Below are positions 58,402-64,000 of a stretch of 64,000 nucleotides of DNA, piece by piece (position 1 is the first letter of the stretch; each line of letters begins with the position of its first letter). The stretch covers positions 1,002,952-1,066,951 of the forward strand of contig CAVWLB010000010.1 in assembly GCA_963755695.1 (NCBI GenBank). The letters are read 5' to 3'. The notes beneath the pieces are model-generated. The model was not told the origin of the DNA. It did not search any database and worked only from the letters and a program-made list of their open reading frames with translations. Position numbers and translations under genes: made by a program. The DNA comes from an uncultured Acidobacteriota bacterium. GTDB taxonomy: Bacteria > Acidobacteriota > Vicinamibacteria > Vicinamibacterales > 2-12-FULL-66-21.

Positions 58402-61400
58402 ATGGATTTCGAGCGAAAGCTTCCGACTGAGCAACAGGACATCGCCGACATCGTCGCCGGCATTCTCGCCGTGCAGACGCGATTCGCGGGCCGGCAGAAG
58501 CGGCCGCTGGGGCGCGGCACGCACACCAAGGGTGTCTGCGTGCGCGCGACCTTCGAAGTGTTCGACCTCGCGAAGACGATCGACGATGCGACGCTGGCCC
58601 GGCGTCTGGCGCGCGGCCTGTTCGCGAAACCTGGCGTGTATCCGGCAACCGCCCGGTTCGCGAACGCGGCGTCGACGTTCCGCCCGACTCGGACCCGGAC
58701 GTGCGCGCTCTGTCGTTCGCCGTGCAGGTCCCTGCCGGCGTCGTCGACGCGCAACCGGTGCGTTTCGATTTTTCGATGAACAACGCGCCGACCTTCCCGA
58801 TCAACGACGCGCACGCATTCGCGGCGTTCATGCGGGTGCAGGCGGCCAGCAGTCCCTTGGGGCAGTTGCGCAGGCTCCTGTCGCTGCCGTTTCGCGACTT
58901 GAAGGGCTTCTTCGCCACTGCGGCAAATGGACTGCGCCAGGAGCACACCGCGCTCAAGCCGTACCAGGTAACGCGCTACTGGAGCAACGTCCCGTTCCTC
59001 CACGGTGAGGATGAAGCGATCAAGTACTCGGCGGGGCCGCTTTCCGGCAATACAGGCCAGCCGCTGGCGAAGGGACAGAACGTGCTGCGCGATGAACTCG
59101 CGCGTCACGTGGCCGAGGACTCGCCAGCGGTGTTCGATTTCGCCCTGCAGTTGCTCGATGCGTCGAGGATGACCTTCAAGGGGCAAAGCAAGGAGCCGAG
59201 CTTCTGGATCGAGAACGCGAGCGTCGAGTGGCCTGAGGAACAGGCGCCGTTCCACGTCGTCGGCCGGTTGACGCTTCAAGCCGGGGCGCTCGTGCCGGAA
59301 GACGAGTGCCAGGCGATGTTCATCGACGTCACCAAGTACTCGCTGCCGCAGCACCGGCCGCTCGGCAGCATCAATCGTGCACGGCGGGTCGCCGAGTCGG
59401 CGAGCCGTAAGGCACGCCTCGGAGCCGCGCCGATCGTGATACCGGCCACGCCGCCGTCGCTCGCCCAACGGCTCGGGGCAATCACAATCGGATCGATCGC
59501 AAAAGCGGTCGGAGCCGCGGCCCTCCTCGCCGGACTACTCGTGTTGTTTCTCGCTGTCGTGCTCATCGTCCGGACGAACCGCGGCGACGGCATGTTGCCG
59601 CCTGAACGGGTGGAGCGGGTCATCTACCCCGATCAGGGATGGGGGCCTGGTCTCGAGTCGCAGACGCGGCAAACCTACTACTACACGGCGCAAGGGGCGG
59701 TCCTGAAAGACGTGCGCTACAGCTGGTTTCGCGCACTCGAGATGCCGTGGTCGAAGCGAAAGCTGTCGGACCCCGAGATCATGCGCCGTTACGGATTCCT
59801 GGTGGACCCAGCGACGCCAGCCAACCCGCACGGCTTACCAGTCGGCTTCACCAAGCACTACGACCAGGGCTTGAATGAAGAGCTGCTGGACATCACGTGC
59901 GCCGCCTGCCATACGGGACAGATCAACGTCACGCGCAACGGGCGAACCACGGCGCTCAGGATCGACGGCGGGTCGGCGCTGCACGCCTTCACCAATTCCG
60001 ACGTCGGCCACTTCGTGCCGACGCTGGCCGCGTCGCTCGTCGGAACGGTGGCCAATCCGTTCAAGTTCAATCGCTTCGCCAACGCCGTCCTCGGCGAAGG
60101 GCACCGCGGCGGACGCTGGGAGCTGCGCGCGCAAATGTTGAACGTCGCCGGTCAGTTCGGCAGGCTGGCCTGGAACGAGAAGGTGCACCGCCTGGTGCCG
60201 ACCGAAGAAGGTTACGGCCGCACCGACGCACTGGCGCGGATCGCGAACACCGTGTTCGGCGATCACATCGAGGCGCGCAACTACGCCGTGGCCAACGCTC
60301 CGGTGAATTACCCGCCCGTCTGGAACATCTGGAAGTTCGACTGGGTGCAGTACAACGCATCGGTCAGCCAGCCGATGGCGCGAAACATCGGCGAGACCAT
60401 GGGCACCGGCGCGAAGTATGCGCTGATGGATCGCTACGGACGGCCGCTGCCTCCGGATGAGCGGTACCGTTCCTCTACGATGCTCGAGAACCTCTACACG
60501 ATCGAGCAGACGATTCGCACGCTGCAGCCGCCGCAGTGGAACGAGGAGGTCCTTGGCCCGATCGATCGGGCGAAGGCCGCGCGCGGAAAGCAGCTCTTCG
60601 ATCAGCACTGCGTCGCCTGCCATGGGCCGCATATCGCGCCGCCGGCAATCAAGCTGCGCAACGCACCGGGGAAGGGTCCGAACGACCCCGAATGGCTCGT
60701 GAAGACGTTGTGTGTCGATGACATCGGCACCGATCCCAACACCGCCCTCAACTTCTACGACGCGCGCGTCGATCTCACGAGGACGGGCCTGACGGCCGAG
60801 GACCTTCGCAATGTGGCGCGGAAGGAGTACACGCTCTGGAACCAGCGTCAGGCGGATTACTTGAACAAGGAGATCACACGAGCGTCAAAGGCTCCGAACT
60901 CGAGCACCTACGTCGCGAGCCTGCAGAAGGAGCTCTCCGGGCTGAACGCTGGCATGGAGCAGGAGCTGTCAGAGATCAACCCGGCGTCGATGAGCGTCGG
61001 GGCAGGTCTCAGCTACCTCGGTATGATGATTCGAGAGAAGGCCTACGCCGAACGCCATTACACGGACGCGCAGCGCGCGGACTACGATGGTTTCGGCATA
61101 CTCGACATGCCGCAGGTGCTGCCATCCTACAAGCCGCGGCCGCTGGCCGGCATCTGGGCGTCGCCCCCGTTCCTGCACAACGGATCGGTGCCGACGATCT
61201 ACGATCTGCTGTCCCCGGTCAGCGAGCGGCCGAGGACGTTTCTAGTCGGGAGCCGCGAGTATGACCCGCAGAAGCTGGGCCTCGCACGGCCATCCGGGCG
61301 CTACTGGACGTTCGACACCTCGAAGGATGGAAACCACAATACCGGTCACGAGTTCAACACCGGTTACAAACCATGGAAGGACGGCGACCCGCCCGCGCAC

Positions 61401-61568
61401 GGTCTGATCGGGCCGCTGCTCACGCCCGACGAGCGGCTCGCGATCATCGAGCACCTGAAGGTTCGCAACGACGATGTCGATGGGCCGCAGGAACCCCACG
61501 TTCCGTTGCCGAGCGGGTGCACACCACCGCCGCGCCGGGCTGACGCGTCAAAGCGCCTGGTGTGGTAA
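58402..61568 (+). CDS. fusion protein: catalase-like (y4iL-type) domain + TM helix + di-haem cytochrome c (CCP/MauG/RoxA-like) domain; frame broken once near 58680
   Basis: N-terminus PLGRGTHTKGVCVRATFEV, DSDPDVRALSFAV, RFDFSMNNAPTFPI and HRPLGSINRARRV resemble the catalase core. TM at about 59472-59570. CAACH at 59898-59912 and CVACH at 60609-60623. PPFLHNGSVPT near the C-terminus. Confidence 0.7.
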
Positions 61569-61880
61569 ATGGTTCTCGGTTCGCAACCACAGAGGGCCGA
61601 GAAACGGGTACGAATACCTTCGGGGCCTGTGACGAGGCGGCCAACAGATTGTGGGGCGGGTCTTCAGAACCGTCGGATTCGTCTCTTCATTTCCTCTGTC
61701 AACCTGCTCCTAGAGCGACGTCGATATAACGGTCGCCGGCGTTCGAGGCGCCCCTGAGCCGGACGCGAGCCGGCGACCGCCCAGAGCACTCGAACCACCT
61801 CTCGTCCCAGCTTGCTTGCCCGGCGCCAGTCGCTGCCATAATCTCGGGCCGAGACTGAGTATTGAGGAGGACAACAAAAT

Positions 61881-63317
61881 ATGAGGCGCGCAATTGCGCT
61901 CGGCATCTGCACTGGCCTGGCCCTGATCTGCGGATGGGGTGACGTGGCGCCGCGGGTGGCCAGGGCCACACAAGCGGCGAGTTCGGCTCCGGCAACCGGT
62001 GGACGGCTGCAGGTGCCCGTGGAGTACTACAAGCTTTCGAATGGACTGAAGGTCGTGCTCTCGCGCGACACCACGTCGCCGACAGCGTGCATTGCGGTGT
62101 ATTACAACATCGGCTTCCGCAACGAACCGAAAGACCGGACGGGGTTCGCGCACCTGTTCGAGCACATGATGTTCCAGGGCTCGAAAAATCTCGGCAAGAT
62201 GGAATTTATTCGCCTGGTCGAGTCCAACGGCGGCCTGCTCAACGGCTCCACCCGTTTCGACTTCACGAACTACTTCCAGGTCGTGCCCTCGCACGTGCTC
62301 GAGCCGATTTTATGGGCCGAAGCCGACCGCATGCGCGGGCTGGACATCGACATCGAAAATTTGAAGAACCAGCAGGAGGTCGTCAAGAACGAGGTCAAGG
62401 TCAACGTGTTGAACCAGCCATACGGCAGCTTCCCGTGGATCGACCTGCCGATGGCGGCGAACGAGAACTGGTACAACGCGCACAACTTCTACGGCGACCT
62501 GGCGCACCTCGACGCGGCAACGCTGGAAGACGTACGGACATTCTTCAAAACCTACTACTCGCCCAACAACGCGGTAGTTGTCGTGACCGGCGATTTTGCG
62601 ATCGATCAAACCAAGGCCTGGATCGAAAAGTACTTTGCCGACATTCCGGCCGCAAAACTCCCGGCTCCGCCTGACCTGCGCGAGCCAAGACAAGAAAAGG
62701 AGAAACGTACCGGGCGGACCGACGCGCTCGCGAATCGCCCGGCGCTTGGCATCGCCTATCACACACCCGACCGCTTCACACCGGAATGGTTCGCCTTTGG
62801 ACTGCTCGACGAGGCGCTGGCGCAAGGACAGGATTCGCTCCTTTACGACGCCCTGGTTCGCAAGAAGGGGCTGACCGGCTCGGTCAATGCCGGCATCAAC
62901 TTTGGCCTCGGCAACATGTTCGATTACAGCGGCCCGATGCTCTGGATCGTGCAGTTCTTCCACGACACTTCCGTCCCCTCCGACAAGTTGCTCGCCGCGG
63001 TCAACGAAACGGTTGAAAAGGTGCGGAAGGAGGGACTCGATCAGGCGCTGCTCGACCGCGCACGGGTCAAGATGCGGTCCGACCTCTATTCCAACCTCGA
63101 ACAGTTCGCCGGCTTCGGGCGCGCGAACCTGCTCGCCTCCTTCGCCTTGTTCGACGATGACCCTTCACGAATCAATCAGCTCGAAGATGGGTTCGCCAAG
63201 GTCACGCCGGCAGTGGTTCAAAAGACGGCCGAGGAGTATCTCCGTCCGGGCAACCGCACAATCTATGTCATCACGCCAGGCAAGAGTGGAACGCCCGACG
63301 AGAAGGAGGGGCGATGA
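61881..63317 (+). CDS. M16-family zinc peptidase (active subunit)
   Basis: Signal-like N-terminus and GFAHLFEHMMFQGS (HxxEH inverted zincin motif). GAGGAGG RBS. Confidence 0.88.
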   Translation: MRRAIALGICTGLALICGWGDVAPRVARATQAASSAPATGGRLQVPVEYYKLSNGLKVVLSRDTTSPTACIAVYYNIGFRNEPKDRTGFAHLFEHMMFQGSKNLGKMEFIRLVESNGGLLNGSTRFDFTNYFQVVPSHVLEPILWAEADRMRGLDIDIENLKNQQEVVKNEVKVNVLNQPYGSFPWIDLPMAANENWYNAHNFYGDLAHLDAATLEDVRTFFKTYYSPNNAVVVVTGDFAIDQTKAWIEKYFADIPAAKLPAPPDLREPRQEKEKRTGRTDALANRPALGIAYHTPDRFTPEWFAFGLLDEALAQGQDSLLYDALVRKKGLTGSVNAGINFGLGNMFDYSGPMLWIVQFFHDTSVPSDKLLAAVNETVEKVRKEGLDQALLDRARVKMRSDLYSNLEQFAGFGRANLLASFALFDDDPSRINQLEDGFAKVTPAVVQKTAEEYLRPGNRTIYVITPGKSGTPDEKEGR

Positions 63318-64000
63318 CTCCTCGCATGTCGCGGCAAGCCTCGACGGTCTTGTCGACGCTCGCTCTCACCGCTCTCGTGACTGCCCCCCCGAGCGCACAG
63401 CAGAAGCCGCCCGAGGCCGGCACGCCCAAGGATTTCGTACTGCCGACGGCGCGGCGTTTCACGCTGGCCAACGGCTTGCCGGTGACGATGGTCCCGTTTG
63501 GCCAGGTTCCAAAGGTCGCGATTCGGCTGGTCGTGGCCGCGGCAAACGTCAATGAAGGCAAGGATGAAGTCTGGCTGGCCGACCTCACCGGCAGCATGAT
63601 GCGCGAAGGCACAACCGCGAAGACCGCGGACGTGGTCGCGAGCGAGTTCGCCGGCATGGGCGGCGAACTCGGGATCAACGTAGGGCCGGACACGACATCG
63701 ATTTCCGCCGAGGTCCTTTCGGAGCGAGGAGCGGACGTCGTCCGGCTGCTCGCCGACGTCGCTGAACGTCCGCGTCTGCCGGAATCGGAACTGGAGCGCG
63801 TGAAGGGGAACCTGTTGCGGAACCTGGCGATTCAGAAGAGTTCGCCTCAGTCCATCGCACAGGAAAGATTCGCGCAGCTGTTGTACGGCGAGCATCCTTA
63901 CGGACGTCTGTTTCCAACGGAGGCCGCGCTCAAGGGCTACACGATCGATCAGGTTCGCAGCTTCCACAAAAACTTCTTCAGCGCCGGACGGGCGAGGCTC
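63314..64000 (+). CDS. M16-family peptidase (non-catalytic partner), 3-prime truncated by the window edge
   Basis: ATGA overlap with the previous gene. Hand translation gives MTPRMSRQASTVLSTLALTAL...FTLANGLPVTMVP...MREGTTAKTA...PRLPESELERVKGNLL, with no HxxEH. The frame is open to the window end. Confidence 0.75.
   Translation, partial: MTPRMSRQASTVLSTLALTALVTAPPSAQQKPPEAGTPKDFVLPTARRFTLANGLPVTMVPFGQVPKVAIRLVVAAANVNEGKDEVWLADLTGSMMREGTTAKTADVVASEFAGMGGELGINVGPDTTSISAEVLSERGADVVRLLADVAERPRLPESELERVKGNLLRNLAIQKSSPQSIAQERFAQLLYGEHPYGRLFPTEAALKGYTIDQVRSFHKNFFSAGRARL

Noticed and set aside
55379-58957. 1192-aa ORF antisense to the kinase-STAND gene
   Set aside because: It is the longest ORF in the region, but its composition is Arg/Pro/Gly-biased. 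The sense strand carries Walker A/B and kinase motifs, so this is a GC-rich antisense artefact.
47763-61600. Calling the whole tRNA-proximal block a recently acquired genomic island or prophage
   Set aside because: No integrase, phage genes or flanking direct repeats were seen. Apart from the first ~650 bp, the composition looks like the rest of the window.

Overview
Visibly GC-rich bacterial chromosomal segment. Gene content suggests Acidobacteriota: a TIGR03435-type C-terminal domain on a BlaR1-like protein, many large Ser/Thr kinases, and SLH/TPR lipoproteins.

Layout:
- 1-16.4 kb: housekeeping genes (glgA, trxA, trxB, mnmA, a cysteine desulfurase, bactofilin, glpX, tsaC, hflX, pgsA).
- 16.5-28.7 kb: a glycan/exopolysaccharide cluster with a UDP-xylose synthase, a priming phosphotransferase, five glycosyltransferases, ugd, galE and an MsbA-like ABC exporter.
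- 28.7-40.9 kb: yicC, gmk, rpoZ, coaBC, a family-4 UDG, priA, amt, an IS110-family insertion, an M50 protease, HU/IHF and der.
- 40.9-46.4 kb: two tandem paralogous zinc-ribbon Ser/Thr kinases with polytopic membrane C-termini.
- 47.7 kb: tRNA-Pro(GGG), followed by an accessory-looking stretch up to about 61.6 kb. It holds a lower-GC spacer with small hydrophobic ORFs, two DUF3237 genes, BlaI/BlaR1, a membrane-split patatin/cPLA2-like lipase, a kinase-STAND-TPR protein and a catalase-like/TM/di-haem cytochrome c fusion.
- 61.9 kb to the window end: two M16 peptidases.

Three things stand out:
1. The lipase / STAND-kinase / haem-fusion neighbourhood may be an undescribed lipid-oxidation or envelope-redox module.
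2. Several intergenic regions consist of 7-8 nt word arrays mirrored into long hairpins. Two copies of one such element bracket mnmA, and other arrays run into coding sequence.
3. At least seven single-base frame breaks interrupt otherwise intact genes. These need read-level verification before any pseudogene claim.

All calls rest on reading the translations and the DNA by eye. No database search was run.
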